A stretch of 64,000 bases of DNA from Monocercomonoides exilis PA203 (lineage: Eukaryota; Protista; Preaxostyla), in assembly GCA_001643675.2 (NCBI GenBank), contig LSRY02000034.1, positions 806,001 through 870,000 of the forward strand, given 5' to 3'. Below the pieces are notes generated by a model, which made no database searches, was not told the origin of the DNA, and saw only the letters and a list, made by a program, of their open reading frames with translations. The first letter of the stretch is position 1. Each line of letters opens with the position of its first letter. A program made the translations under genes and the position numbers. Of the stretch, positions 45,801 through 57,136 are shown one piece after another.

Positions 45801-45900
45801 TTTCGGGGCAATGGCCCAGTTGGTTGAACAAGACTTCAAAGAAATATGAAAGAAATGAAAGAAATTCAATCATCTGAAATTCAAAAACAACATTGCTTGC
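39812..45900 (-). CDS. Lineage-specific helical family paralogue 3, with a DIRS element in intron 45336-40583; 5' end approximate
   Basis: Exon ending ..KNIWGSE (45337) splices GT..TAAG in phase 0 to EVSEELFSDGIKEIIQHHQGHNNL (40582-39812), at the same intron position as in paralogue 2. Confidence 0.75.
40705..41628 (+). CDS. DIRS ORF1, Gag-like
   Basis: First ORF after the left ITR (first in-frame ATG at 40705); Pro/Ser-rich N-terminus, helical middle, basic C-terminus. Assigned by position only. Confidence 0.65.
   Translation: MMQSPFFPQTTGLTPATEAASLPGGVQSQLGVQTLLPPIPSSTSVSSQSSPPETAARATEEKSTEEETNSDLHERAADVFNSIFGQEPNRSIFDLQLPAFSIESIEQEYALQDLSPVLQPVPPPFQKSANWFNDALDSAGYRIELCLYQAFKAQLLSLADSDPHRESAQRGADALLLIAKALQEARTTRLQGRFGFRMAEQMKSENVTGLLTERQEQILKETRLATSSSTPVKVTSRKSTSSLWSKGERSSATQGLPRRNYTGPRKIWGSQFFRRGPRSQATREGKRQRDGWTTTNRRYYSRSRGQQ
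41573..44878 (+). CDS. DIRS ORF3: tyrosine recombinase (C-terminal ~400 aa) with a long N-terminal part overlapping ORF2
   Basis: STWRGY, WNPRIVL, LFSACRFTEL, KLKTS, ICPA, YSIKAASLS and KHY motifs in DIRS YR spacing. Confidence 0.9.
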   Translation: MDGPQRTGDTTAEVGVNNREGRWSEERSHGQDKDWRKNGVFHRGLGKNWWCQVDKTGRAGDVEKQTYENEAKGYAVQRWSRSLKRRSKKGVRRSSAGTDRDRNCGGDKVRGGEAQEQRVFDQKEIGSMEADTGLPEIERCLDKDALQMRQRKDSRACAEKKRFRSLSGFATGLLSASGVQRPKTIFGFQIFWKRLHIQRNAVWFRRRPKSFHARDEEGDFRNQETMGCSGNRVFGRFPYITREQGILSTSRQRDYQVSGGIRSFGEPGEKPVDTKKKVFFPWLRVGLVEDEGSACKRQKRSTDSLVSQMGKGLCKSKNCESERSGFLYWKTQCCSVCSARRFSMASLHASYAPERNKGKRMERQIEVECVNPATDSAMDIEVESTPKTQTYPSIFPGCNSYNRCIGDGLGSFAPLEQPAPRCAQSVPPQSEKAIIQFQGTNGSISCSEPLLTNPSGTSRVLSSHKIGQYIRGVQHKQMECREEASTSAEEIMETKTRSRHRVESVTCSRCTEHKSRCVITTGESRRLRGAGRRMGKDNDETKHCSNAGRVCSATQSQSGKMVRNRKSSCRRRTDVSLEERSRVSSSTDPACDSDDPESTTGESTSDITPAELEGTELGELVKVHSPFGMDLEESEGGSAEGSIDAMDRCESSTRSIEDNLAECTLRDGEQWWKNALEQKSIPFSLAEECRAGISKSTWRGYLYGFAHFGKQWRECGHGRIPESIQEWAACCANVFLSLRNGGMKLTCLQLTRAAVSLYSNIVFSSFLGDIPIIRTLFRSFRRTDKSRKKKTGDIWNPRIVLNFFSGLGPNEGLSFKQLTMKVIVLTMLFSACRFTELERINMLESRFEEEGVYLDTKLKTSNTRTEIAVPFLPELSLICPASAIQELWKKVQEKNSHTDKLLLNTENFHPLAVEGIRKLAKEAIYDAGVPKRFTPYSIKAASLSALTMAGIPPEQVARFARLSPRTNTLVKHYFRSNLASSMARVIASATNDQEDRANREDADSTAMYRRSEAKKRGGNEKTTKPQANSSICQRENAEQRSGEEQPMRPTRIEEPSEGKGDPPEQVKEFIIRTRAQIRKESEEKQRTITKAVLMMVSSSPN
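41577..43628 (+). CDS. DIRS ORF2: reverse transcriptase, RNase H and Dam-like methyltransferase domain
   Basis: RQILDCRRLN, SVDLQQAY, GMPFG..APRVF, AYLDDF, FLG; RNase H TTDAS..WGA, SNFREL, RSDN, NTRADALSR; MTase-like LDAFA..N..W..DGL..PW..AHPPIP..LLLPNW. Confidence 0.95.
   Translation: MDHNEPEILQPKSGSTIERGDGARKGVMGRTRIGGRTEFFIEAWERIGGAKLIKQGVQAMWKSKHMRMKLRDMPFRDGAVHSNEDQRKVFADLLQEQIETGIVEEIRSEEVRHRNNVFLIRKKSGAWRQILDCRRLNAALIKTHFKCDNEKTVERVLRRKDFAVSVDLQQAYYLLPVSKDLRPYLAFRFSGKDYTFRGMPFGFVDAPRVFTHAMRKVTSEIRKRWDVRVIAYLDDFLILHENKEFLALAAKEIIRFLEELGLLVNQEKSQLTPRRRFSFLGFEWDSSKMKVRLARDRKEALTRLCRRWEKDCVKARIVKVKDLASFIGKLNAVRFVQPDASLWLHSMHRMLQKGIKERGWKGKLRLNASILQQIRQWISRLRAHPRRRLIPVFSPDATLTTDASETAWGASLLLNNQLLDAHNPFPHRVRKQSSNFRELMAVFLALSHFSPILQEHHVSFLHIRSDNTSVVFNINRWNAGKKLRPVLRKLWRLKQDLGIELRASHVPGVLNTRADALSRLERAGDYEVQDEEWEKIMTKLNIAPTLDAFAAQHNRKVGRWCGIGSHLAEDGLMFPWKNEVVLAHPPIPLVIPTIQKARQERAQVILLLPNWKGQNWESLLRSIPHLEWTWKNQKEVLRKGPSMQWTGASLPPGRLRIIWLNAPYAMGNNGGRMHWNKNQSLSR
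44884..44986. repeat. DIRS internal complementary region (ICR)
   Basis: 44884-44953 is the exact reverse complement of 40602-40671, and 44952-44986 is the exact reverse complement of 45236-45270. Confidence 0.95.
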
Positions 45901-48900
45901 AAACTCAAAAATCTTTTTGTTGTATCCATCTCCTGCATTTTGAAAAATGCACCATCCAGAACACAACATTTTCATCATGCACACAGACACAAAACAAAAC
46001 AGTTCGGAAAAATTGAAAAATAAAAAAGGTGCGCACAGTCATTAAAATTTCAGCATTCAAACTTATCTTTTTAGTGAAAATATTTTTGGCGAGCTATCGA
46101 GAAAAAGAACAATGATCCAATAACTCAAGTTTGTTGTTATGGTTGTCATAATCGTTATCATTTTTTATTATTCAAAACGAAATTATCCTTCCACAAAATA
46201 AGAGAACATCATATATTATACATCTCTGAATTGTGAGAATTATTTCCAGTGATGTCCGGAGACAATCACAAGAAATGGTCAAATTTGGTTTTCATTTTCT
46301 TGTTTTTTCATATGAAGTGTCTTTGAATGAATAACAATGTTCAATAGTTTCTGTTGTTTATTGCCATGTTCAATCTGATATGAATCTCCCGATTAATGTG
46401 AAGATCTTTCCATTTGCAGCCTTTTGAAAAGTAAAATGTCTGATTTACATTTAAAAAAGGTGATGAGTTTGCTAAGTGAAGCTGGATATGGAAGAAAAGG
46501 AGCTTTGAATTGAATAATAAACAGAAAATGAAGGAATGTGTGGATTAAAAGCCGTTTTTCTCAACTTTTGATGTGAACGGAATGAAAACAAGTTCAGAAA
46601 AAATAAACAACTGTGTTAAGAGGAGCGAAAGCAAGTTGTTTTTCAATTCGGAATTCTTGAAAAAGAAGAGAAACACTGTGGAGCATTTTCAACAAAGAAA
46701 GCTATTGTCCAATTAGAAAGCAGGAAAATCACAACAAATGAGTGAAGGAAATGAATTGGATGATCGAAGTTTTTCTCAAAAGAATATTTTGTGCATTGCG
46801 ATTATGAAGGCAATCGAGCCTTTGATAGAACGATCCAAACGAAGAAAAGTTGTCTCTCGTTGTGTTACTAAGCTTTGCTCCACATTGATTTGCATCTTCT
46901 GCTTTGTTGCACCCTTTTGGGGGAAAAAATTGAGTCAATCACGATTTGCTTTGTTTGCAACATGTTTTCAACCTTTCCATTATTTGTCACAAGGGCAATT
47001 CAAAATGTTGCTGTTCCACAATAGCTTCTTCAGTTCCATGTTCAACATTTGGCCTGAAAAAATATCATTCGATTTCAGCTCATCATCATCATCTTTTTCT
47101 GTTTCTGTTTCTGTTTCTGCATCCGCTGGATTCTGTGCATCTTCTTCAACAGCGGCTCGTCTTTATCTCCTTCATACTTGCTTCCCCTGCAACCAAATTC
47201 CCTTTCCTCAGCCATCTGCAGACATTCACTCACAACTGTCATGAATAATATTCTATTTTCCTTGTCTCAAGAAAACGAACTGCCATTTGCTTCGCTTTGC
47301 CTTCTGCTGTTCACTTCGTGTGTGTATGTGGATGTGTGATTTTTGCAATTGATCTTTTCTTGATGCGGCAAATAGCAGCAGATGGGAATGAATTGTGGAG
47401 GTCTCTGCTTTTCAACATTGGCGATTCCTTTGTCTGTTCTGTTTCTGGAGCTGTGGGCATGCTGTGAGATGAGAATTTGCAAAAAGAAGTCTCTTCTGCT
47501 TTGTGTGTTCTGTTTGTGACTGAAGCAAACATGCTTTTCTGTGCGGTGGCTCTTCTGATGTTCCGAATGACCGTTCAGTCAGCACCAGCAGCGCAGGATG
47601 TGTGGATGATGTGGATATGATTCAAGTTGTTGAGAAACACAGACACATTTGAAGGTGTCGATGAGAAGAGGAAGGAGAGAGGATGAACGCGCCAGAGTGC
47701 ACCGATTCAAGATTTGTGAGAGAGAAGGGGGGAAAAGCACTTGCTTGAAGGCAGAATCAACAACGAAGAGAAACTGATGGCCAAACACAACCCAAGAGAG
47801 GAAGCTGCGATGGAAGAAAAGAAAAAAATGGGAAGCTCCATCATCAGGAAAATCAATTCTGCTTCAACATATGGAACGCTGGCTTTCCCGAGCAAATGGG
47901 ACGAACATCATTGCGAAGAAGATCGGGGCGAGTGAATATCAATGAGTCAATTAGAATAGTTTCACACATCTCCAAAGCCTCAGTTGCCCTCATTCGCTGG
48001 GAAAACAGCACCACATAAGCTTTTATCTTTCTTTTCAAAAAAAATCCCTTCTCGTGAAACACTAATGAAAGAATCAAATGAAAAAGTTGCTTTTGAGATT
48101 CTTGCTTTGTTGCTATTTTTGTTTTGAAGCAACTGTTTCGATTCATTTTCTTTGAATGAATGATTTGTTGTTATTTTTGTTAATGAAACATACAAAAAGT
48201 GGAAGGAAAAATATTTCGGAGTAAAAATGGAATATTATTCGTCGACACAAAAATATGTCTCTTTTTCTTCTTACTCAAACAGCAGAAAATATGTTGTTTT
48301 TTCATTCTGATATGCATTCCGAAATTCTCAAACTTCAAACTCAGGAAGAAAAAAATATCTGGAACATGGTGCAATTTTTCCAAAAAGAAAGACACAAAAA
48401 GAATTTTAAAGAACAAGAACATTTTTGAAATTCATCTAGGATTGAACCTAATAAGAAATAGAAAAGAAGGTGAATCAACATTGACCTGTTTGACTGAGCT
48501 GCTGATTGAACGGTGGCTTTCATTCAGCTTTTTGGATTTGATGATAACTGAAATGATTTGAAGATGAGACAAATGACGAATGAATGCTTGGTTTTGAAGA
48601 ATAGAAAATATTGAGTCATTTTGAACATAACATTGTTCAGATCCATCAATGATCGAATCTGTTTATTAAAAAATTTTCAATCCTTCATCAATTTCCAATT
48701 TCGTTGGAATTTCTTGTTTTCTTTTTCCTACAAATTCAGTGAAGTCTTTTTTTTGCTTTTCATCTTCATCTTCATGTGGGATAATTGGTTTTTTATCTCT
48801 TTTTGACTGAATATTTTATTTGTTCAATGTTCATTCTGCTTTTCTCTCTATCGCCTTTTTTCACAAAAATCATTCTTCTTTTCTCTTCAAAAATCGATTT

Positions 48901-49259
48901 ATCTCGTAACCTTTTCTTAGCGCTCCTTCGGATATATTTTTGTTCAAAAGATTTCTCCGAAAAAGATTAAAAAAAAAATTAGATCACTTCTTCTCCCATA
49001 TCTAAATCATTTGGATTTTTTCTTTCATTGATTTTGAACATACCTCCACAGGTTTTTCTCATTAATAATTTATACGTACATTTTCCAATAAAATATTGTT
49101 TTCTTATGAAATATATATATGTTTTTTTATTTACGCAAAATCAATTCTTTTCAATTTTTTGTTTTTATTTTGAAATGAAAATTTCGAGAGATGGAAAAAT
49201 TTTCAAGTTTGAGTTGTTAATTTTTCAAAAGAAAATTATCGTTTTTTGTTTTTAATCTG

Positions 49260-50580
49260 AAGGATTGTTTCGTGAACTTAAAGATTGCAATTAGGACGCT
49301 CAAAAGCAGATCATAGAAGAAATGAATGAAACAATGGAAATGATGAATGAAAAAGAGTTAAAATCTATTTTAACAGAAGGACCATTCAACGAAATACTCA
49401 AAATGATTGAAGAAAAGAAAAGATCTAATGAAAATGCAATCTTGTTGATGAAGATTGTTGGATATTGGAAAGAAATGAAAAATATTACGGTTTATGGCTT
49501 TGCAATATTTTTATTGTACAAAAATTTTGAAAATATGATTTTAATGGAAGATAAGAAAAAAGAAGGATAGAAGGAAAAGCTACTGGCTGATCTTTGCGAA
49601 TGCTATCTTTTATTGAGCCGAGATTTCTTCGGAATTACTTTTAATTTGCGTGCCTTGCCTTCTGAAAGTTGCGTTGAAGAAAGAGGAAAACGAAGAAGCT
49701 CAAAAAGAAGTTGAAATGGCTTTGATGGCTTTGAGCAACATTGGAGTTTATACTGTTTGAAGCCGCTTCGTTTTTGTTTATTTAATGATTTCTTTTTGTA
49801 TTTAAATGCGTTCAATAGGAAATTGAAAAAGAAGCATATTTGAAAGAGATGACAGAAATCATCGAATATCATCAGAAACATCACAACCTCACTCAACTTG
49901 CGTATCAGTCTGCTTGGCAGTTTCTGGTAAACAGATTTTACAAAGACAAAAGCTTGGAAAACTTAATTGCGAATGGGTTGCATTTTGTGAGGGAAGCATC
50001 AAGAGAATTGAAGGAGTTTTCAAAGAGAGTAAATTTGAAGGGAAAAAGAGGGGAGGAAGGGGGGAAAATGACTCTGGAAGAGCTTACTTTGATGAGATGG
50101 CTTAATGTGATTGATTCTTTCTTTTTTAATTGTCGATTGTGGAATGAAGAACTTGTTGAACTTATCAGCAGCATTGTTCAAATGTTTCGTGCATCAAGGG
50201 ATAGCAACAGGACAATTTGCAACCGGAGCATTAGTTTATTAAGAGTTGCAGCATATAATAGAAACGTGAAAATTGATGACTTGCTGAAAAGTGGAGCAAT
50301 TGATGCTATTTTGGAGGAAATGAAGCAATCAACTTCGGATGATTTTATTTTGTGTAATGGCTTGTATTTCTTTTTGATAATTTCAGAAAGTTTGAAAGAG
50401 GAGGATGATGAAGATGAAAAAGTTAAAAGAAAGGCAACCAAAAGGAAGATATTTGAAATGATGGAAGAAGAAGGATATGAAGATGCTCTGACAAGCTTTT
50501 ATGAAACTCTTCAATTTTTTGGAAGGAAATATAGTGAAAAATTGCCGTTGAATATTTTTGATTATTTCGTGAATGTTTAG
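49260..50580 (+). pseudogene. Lineage-specific helical family paralogue 4, 5' half disrupted
   Basis: Family motifs present; in-frame TAG near 49292 and at 49568-49570 plus a frameshift; the 3' exon 49840-50580 is open. Confidence 0.7.
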
Positions 50581-51379
50581 CCAACTCTTTTCATTTGATT
50601 TTGGAACTCAGAAAAATGTTTTTCCATTTTGGTGTGGTTTTCAAATCCGAACATTTTTTTCATTTGCATACGCTAAAAATTTTTCAAAATGAGAATTTTT
50701 GAACACAAAGTAATTATTTTTGCAATCGAAATAATAATTGAAATAGAATCAACAACACTTTGTTCTCATTCTTATTGAATTTTACAGAAACAATTATTTT
50801 TCTTTTTTATCAACATTAATTCAGTGTTGCATTTATCTTTGCGTCTGAGCAGGTTTTTTTTTCTTCTTCTTCTTTTTTTTTTTCTTTTTTTTTTTTCAAA
50901 AAATAATTTTTTCACAAATCAACTGTTTTTTCCTTTAATAAATATATAACATGTTTTCAATTGATAAAGATTTATAATTATTATTATTATATTAAAAATC
51001 TTGATAATTTTTAATAAATCATTACTCGTTTGTTTTGCTTATTTTTAGCTAGCTTTCATTTTATGTGGTTTACGGCAACTAGTCTACAGATTATTCATTA
51101 TAATCTTTTTCATTTTCAATCATTTCTGTATTTTTGTGGAAATTATCGAAATTGATTTTTATTACATTTTTGATCAGTATTTTTTCTGTTTTTGTTGAAA
51201 TTAACGCGTGCAGGAAAATATAGATTATGATAGAATAGCAATACATGGAACCTTTGAAAGATATGAGACTTTCACAAAGAATGGGAGATGAAGAAAGTAT
51301 CAATAGATTCAATTTTTTTATTCTTTGCATTTTTTTTTGATTTCGGATGGATTGATTTATATTTTATTTGATTATTTGT

Positions 51380-52010
51380 ATTCGCCATTAATGCAAAGTT
51401 CAGACAAATCAACGCTAATGATGGATTCATGTGTTTCTCACAAGAATCTGCATCTTTATTTCACTTGCAAAATTGGTCAACCAGCTTCACAAACCCGAGT
51501 GCAATTCCTCAAAAAAAATATTTATTCCTGCAGCCTGATTCCTTCCTCCAGATTCAATTTGTTTATTCTGAGAAATTCCGCCATTACAGATCTGGTGATT
51601 TTATCTTCAGATTATTTTTTGCGCAAAGAAGGAAAAATTGAACATATCAATAACAATGCATTCATGAATATGTATGCGATGCCCTGCAATAATAATTATT
51701 ACCAAACAGAAAATTTGTGCTGCTTTTGATATATGGAGCAAGAAAGAAGAATGCAAACAGATTGAACAAATTTTTTCTTTCATATTCAACTGTTTTCTGC
51801 GAAGTCTCGACAAAGTTCCAGCAACTGCAGTTCCATTTTTATCTGTTCGTGTTCTCCAGTTAAATGCCAGCGATGTGCGATGCGTTGCAGATTCATTGAC
51901 TGTTGATTATGGCTTAAATAATGATTTTACAGCATCTAGTTCTACTTTCTCTACAAAGTTTTCTCGGTTCAAGTATCTCAATGGCTTGCGAAGCCATTTC
52001 TTCTCCTGAC
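51380..52010 (+). pseudogene. Decayed fragment homologous to the 1-1300 fragment
   Basis: FHLQNWSTSFT and KNIYSCSL..LRNSAITD..DYFL split across two frames. Confidence 0.45.
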
Positions 52011-53089
52011 TTCTTCTGGAGAATATAGAATGTTTTATCAAATTCCGGTCAATCTGACAGAAAAACAATTTTCATTCGATTTTTGTCATCGTCAACTTCT
52101 TTTTCTCTTCTTCTCCTCCTCCTTTTTTTTGTTCTTCTTCCTCTTCATTTCCCGCCTTTTTTGAAGGAAATGTTATGAAAGAAAACAATGCGTTCTCAAG
52201 ATTCTTGAAATATTTATTTCATTCGAAGAATTCTTTGAATGAAAATGACTGCGATAAGAAACAAGAGATAAAAGAGAAAGAATTTGAAAAAGAAGAAGAC
52301 AACACTGATGAAAATTTTAGATGAGAAATCAAATGATCAATCACATCTAATAATGGCTCAAAGGACGGCAACATTTTTTTTATCACCAATTCTTTGTTCT
52401 TAAGGAGATGAAAACGATGTTCTGAAGAAGCAAATACTGATGAATAATAGCAACACACAGCTCCTTCGCCCTCCCTCTTCAATGCCATCGTCTCATGCCA
52501 CGGCATCACTCACTGTTCGTCCCCCAGCAGCATCTCAAAGCAAATCGTCACTTCTTCCTCATTCCTCTTCAGCTGCCGCCAAACCTACACCACCAGCAGC
52601 CGCACCATTTGGAACAGCACCCTCTGCCCTTCTTTCTTTGTGACTTCCTTCTGCGCAGTCTCCTTACGTTGCCTCATCCCAACCAATGCTCTCATCCATT
52701 CTCACGCAGACGCTACAGAAAGCGCACTCACCCTGCAATGCAGTTCCTGCTCACACTCTTCACAGTCACTCTGTATTCATACAACGATAGAGGCAGTTTT
52801 AGGCAAGCTGCATTACGCATATCCAGAAGCCTCAGGTACAACAAGAAGAAGTCGTTGAACTAGCATGCCTCCAGCACAGAAGCAAACGGTGGCAGACAAT
52901 ACCCCGATAGATGGAATGCATCTTAAAAGATTCGAAGCAGCAGTGCCTGTGGCATCTTCGGATTACACACACTCACACATACAGAAGAGACTCCATTTGA
53001 TCAGACGTGATATTACTACAAGCTGTCCCTGATGATGAAGACGAAGACGAAGACGAAGAAATTGATGTGTTGCCATTGTAAATGATACA

Positions 53090-54270
53090 AAACAGCATTT
53101 TCATTTCGTTTTTCCGCTTCCCTCTCTACTTCTGCCCGGTTGTTATTCTTCGGAAACGACAGAAACACAGATGCAACCCCATCCACCATCTCCTACTTCA
53201 ACCACTCAAATTCCTCAAAAACCTTCTTGATCTTCTTCATCGAAGCTCCTTCTAATAGCACCGTGTTGATGCACTTCCGGCACATCCGGAACGACACCAT
53301 CAGGAAGTTCTCGCTCTCTTCCATCGGCTGCTGCGGCAGCACCACTTCAAACAGCACCGTGAAACTGTACAGGAGGAACAACAATTCGTCTCCCATGAAC
53401 TCCTCCCGCACAAGCTTCTCAAACAGCCACATTTCCTCAAAGTTCAACGTGAAAAGCTTCTTCCCCGTGGGTCATTCCCTTCCAGATTGCATTCATTTTC
53501 TTCTAATCCTGCTGCTTTTGCGCAAGCGCCTTATGCTGCTTCTCAATCACCTTCTTTTATACCTCCTTCAGCTCACTTAACGTCTGTTTCTACACTCTCA
53601 TAATCACCATCAGCATCTTCGTTTCCTTCTCCATCTTGTTCATTTTCTACCTCACTGTTGCATCTGCTCGTACGCTACAACCTCTGCCATTGGACCCAGA
53701 ACCGTTCTTCTCCAACGTCTTGCCGATTGCAAATCTCGTTCACTCACTTCCACCACCTCCTCCGCCATCGATGCTTGCTTATCCCACAACGCTAACCTTG
53801 CTGCACATTTTTACAACAACCTTTTCCCCATTCAGGTGTGACCCAAGCATCACAGCACTTCCATTTTTGTTGATCTCTGTTAACTTCTCCTGGCAGTTTT
53901 CGCACAGCCCCAACGGCAGAATCAACAAAGCCAAAGATAGAACCACCAGCTATACGCACAAATTAATGAAGAAGATATGGCAATTGTGACCCCCCGACCA
54001 GCCAGTTACCGCTTTCCATCCACACTCGCCACTCCTCCTTTACTTACCCCAGCACTACTTCTACTTCACCTGCTTCACTTCTTTCACCTCTGCGTTGTTC
54101 TTCTCGCTCAGCTCCTGAATCTTTCTCTGATTCGTCCGGTTGATCTTGTCCTTCTCCTGCAGCCGCTCCGCCAGCTCATTCGTATGCTTCGATATCCGTT
54201 TATCGTTTCAAATCTTCTGCAGCAGCATGTTGAACTCCAAATACCTCTTCTTCATCTACGACTTTGCTTC
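53090..54270 (-). pseudogene. Decayed coiled-coil protein gene fragment
   Basis: Protein-like K/E/Q-rich frames interrupted by several stops and at least one frameshift near 53450. Confidence 0.45.
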
Positions 54271-54753
54271 TACATGGTTTTTCTAAACTTCAATTCATCC
54301 TCCTCCTTATTTTTCTTCTTCTTCTTCCTCTTCTTCCTCTTCTTCCTCTTTTATTGATGAAGATCCATTGATTGAGTGCGAATTTTGCCCTAACACAGTT
54401 CGCTTCAACGATTACATCGAGCATCTCTCACAGTTCCATCCAGACGTAGCTGGTATCACCTCCACACTTTCCCATCATTCATCGTCCTCATTGTCTTCCT
54501 CATCGTCTTCCTCATCACCTTCTTCTTCATCTTCCTCTCTGTCCCTCTCCCCCATACCTTCACAAACCCCTCCTCATCTTCCTCATGATCCTTGTTCTTC
54601 TCCTTCCGCCCCTTCCACCCCAATCGCTTCCCATACCCCTTTACTTCGCACTTCTCCTGCTCTTTCTTCTTCTGCCCTTAGAACAAGAACAAAAAGAAAA
54701 CCTCCGCTTCCGGACAAACCTTCTTCGTATTCTTCCTCTTCTTCTTCTTCTTC

Positions 54754-54785
<32 letters not shown>

Positions 54786-55918
54786 CAGTCAACAACTCGT
54801 TTTATGAACTGTTCCTATCTATTCCACTGTTGAATGTTTTTCTGTTAAGCACTTTTGAGTCTCATGCTCCTCAAGCCACACAATAGACATTCAGTCAGAT
54901 CTTCACATCTCTCTGCAGGCAGTGCATGTTCATTGTGCTGCCAACAATTCCTGACTCGCTCTGTTTCTTTTTGTTAGGCACACTCATTGCCTTGATGATG
55001 GGTTAAACAACATCTGTGTCTTCTGGTGAACGGGAAGAGAGGAAAGCACACATCACAGCGGAGCGGGTGAAGAAGTCTACAGCATTTATGTGTTTGTATG
55101 CGCATATTAATTCGATGAAGAGGCGTGCATTACGCTATCACCGATGCTCTGCATGCGAAAAGTGGTGATTGTGGAGCTGATGTTTTATCGGAGTGCATTT
55201 CTGCTCTTTTCCCTTCGACAGAGCTTGAGCTGCATTCAACCGCGGCTTCTGCAGATGTTTGTGCTCATTTTAGAAAAGATGGACAAAGGAAACAGCAAGA
55301 AGGATAGCAGCAGCATAGTTTGGTGCGTGAATGCAAAAGATGAAATGAATGGCTTTTTTCTGAAAGCAGATGAAATTTTTTAACGAGCGCTGCCGCAGTT
55401 GGCATCAACATCAACATCAGCATCAGCATTTAATGATGTGTCTCATGTGAGTGAGTCGTTCTAATTGTCATAGGAGACAAGGTAGTCTTATCTGACGCAT
55501 TCATTGTTTGAGACCAGTGCACTTTCACAGGAATCATCACTGGAGTCGTTTTTGGAGCACACGGAGGCAGAAGAGGAACAGGAAAGGAAAAGGAAAGAAA
55601 AAAGAAGACACAGAAACAGAATGAGATTCAGATGGAAGCGAAGGGGAAAAAGAGGAAGGGGAAATGAATGGATATATTTGCGATCTGAATACGATGTCTG
55701 CTTATCCATCGATTGCTCGTGCCATCCTCTTTGTATTCTTGACCTCTCTTCTGCATCCACATCAGCTGCTCAAAGGAATTTGCATTGAGCACAGTTAATT
55801 ATTTCATTCAACAACTTTAGTTCTGCAAAAGAAAGAAAAGAGAAAGATGACATACCTCGTCCTCTTAAAGATGATATTCAATCAGATTCAAACGCAACAA
55901 TCACAACAACAACAACAA

Positions 55919-56085
55919 TTTCTCCTTCTCCTTCTCCTTCTCCTTCTCCTTCTCCTTCTCCTTCTCCTTCTCCTTCTCCTTCTCCTTCTCCTTCTCCTTC
56001 TCCTTCTCCTCCTCCTCCTCCTCCTCCTCCTCCTCCTCCTCCTTCTCCTTCTTCTCCTTCTTCTCCTTCTTCTCCTTCTTCTTTT
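55919..56085 (+). repeat. (CTTCTC)n / (CCT)n / (CTTCTTCTC)n microsatellite
   Basis: Directly visible compound pyrimidine tract. Confidence 0.9.
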
Positions 56086-56790
56086 TCTTTATCACCTTCA
56101 TCGCTTTCTTCTTCTTAACTTGAGCAGCACACAGGTCTGCTTAGTTATTCCGGAGGCGGAGAAGCGAAGAGAAGAAGGCGGAAGGAGATGACAAATCTTT
56201 ATCATCTTCATCGAAGCCTGCAATTCAACCTTCTGTGCATTTGTGGCAGCATCAAACGCGTCTGCAGCAACGATGGATGACATCGAGAGGCGGCTACTGA
56301 TTGTGGTGTCTGAGGCGGCTGGGGCGTATGTGCTGCAGACGCTTCGAGGGATATGTTGTGGCTCGGCGGGAGGTGCTGTATGGGGGTGTTGTGTGTGCAT
56401 ACGATGTGGCGCTTTCGGCGATGCTTTCAGTTCCGCTAGTTGCGCTGCTTTCGTTCACTTGCAGCATCAGTGAGAAAGAAGTCGGGAAGCAAGCGTATCT
56501 TTGCAGCGGCAGATGTGAATGCATTCCAATCGATCTTAGATCTGTTTGACACTTCAATGCAGATATGGCGATCACAACAGTTGAGGTGTGTGGTTGTGAA
56601 GCTGAACGAGAAAGTGATGGTGCTAAGGGTTGCGGTGTGTGAAGTGGAGGAGATTGTGGAGAAGGGGCTGTCGGCAGCAGGGCTGAGGATGGAGGATGTG
56701 GTTCTGACACCTGCAGCAATTGCATTGGCGGTGCTGGAGGAGCTAGAAGAAGCGGAGGAAGGGAAAGGGGGTACAAAGAGGGATAAAATG

Positions 56791-56830
<40 letters not shown>

Positions 56831-57136
56831 AGAAGAAGAAGAATAAAGAATCGGAAGATAAAGATGATGAAGTATAAACAGAAGAAATAGCTCCATTTCT
56901 ATTTGCACTGAGCTGCGGCTGAAACAGAAATACCCGCAAGAGAGAGGAAGCCCCGTGCAGTTCCGAAATCGGATAGCTGAGCTGCTTTTGAATGACACTC
57001 TCAAAGATATCTTCTGATCTGGTTCTCTGAAACCGTCATCACATTCTCTGTCTTCCTCTCACTCGCCCAGCTTTCCACTCATCCCTCCATCCAAATCCTA
57101 CAGCTCTTCCAATTCACTAAACTTCTTCTTCTTCTA

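Noticed and set aside
46700-48100. Coding-like stretch with broken frames
   Set aside because: Probably a decayed gene, but no recognisable motif or consistent frame to support a call.
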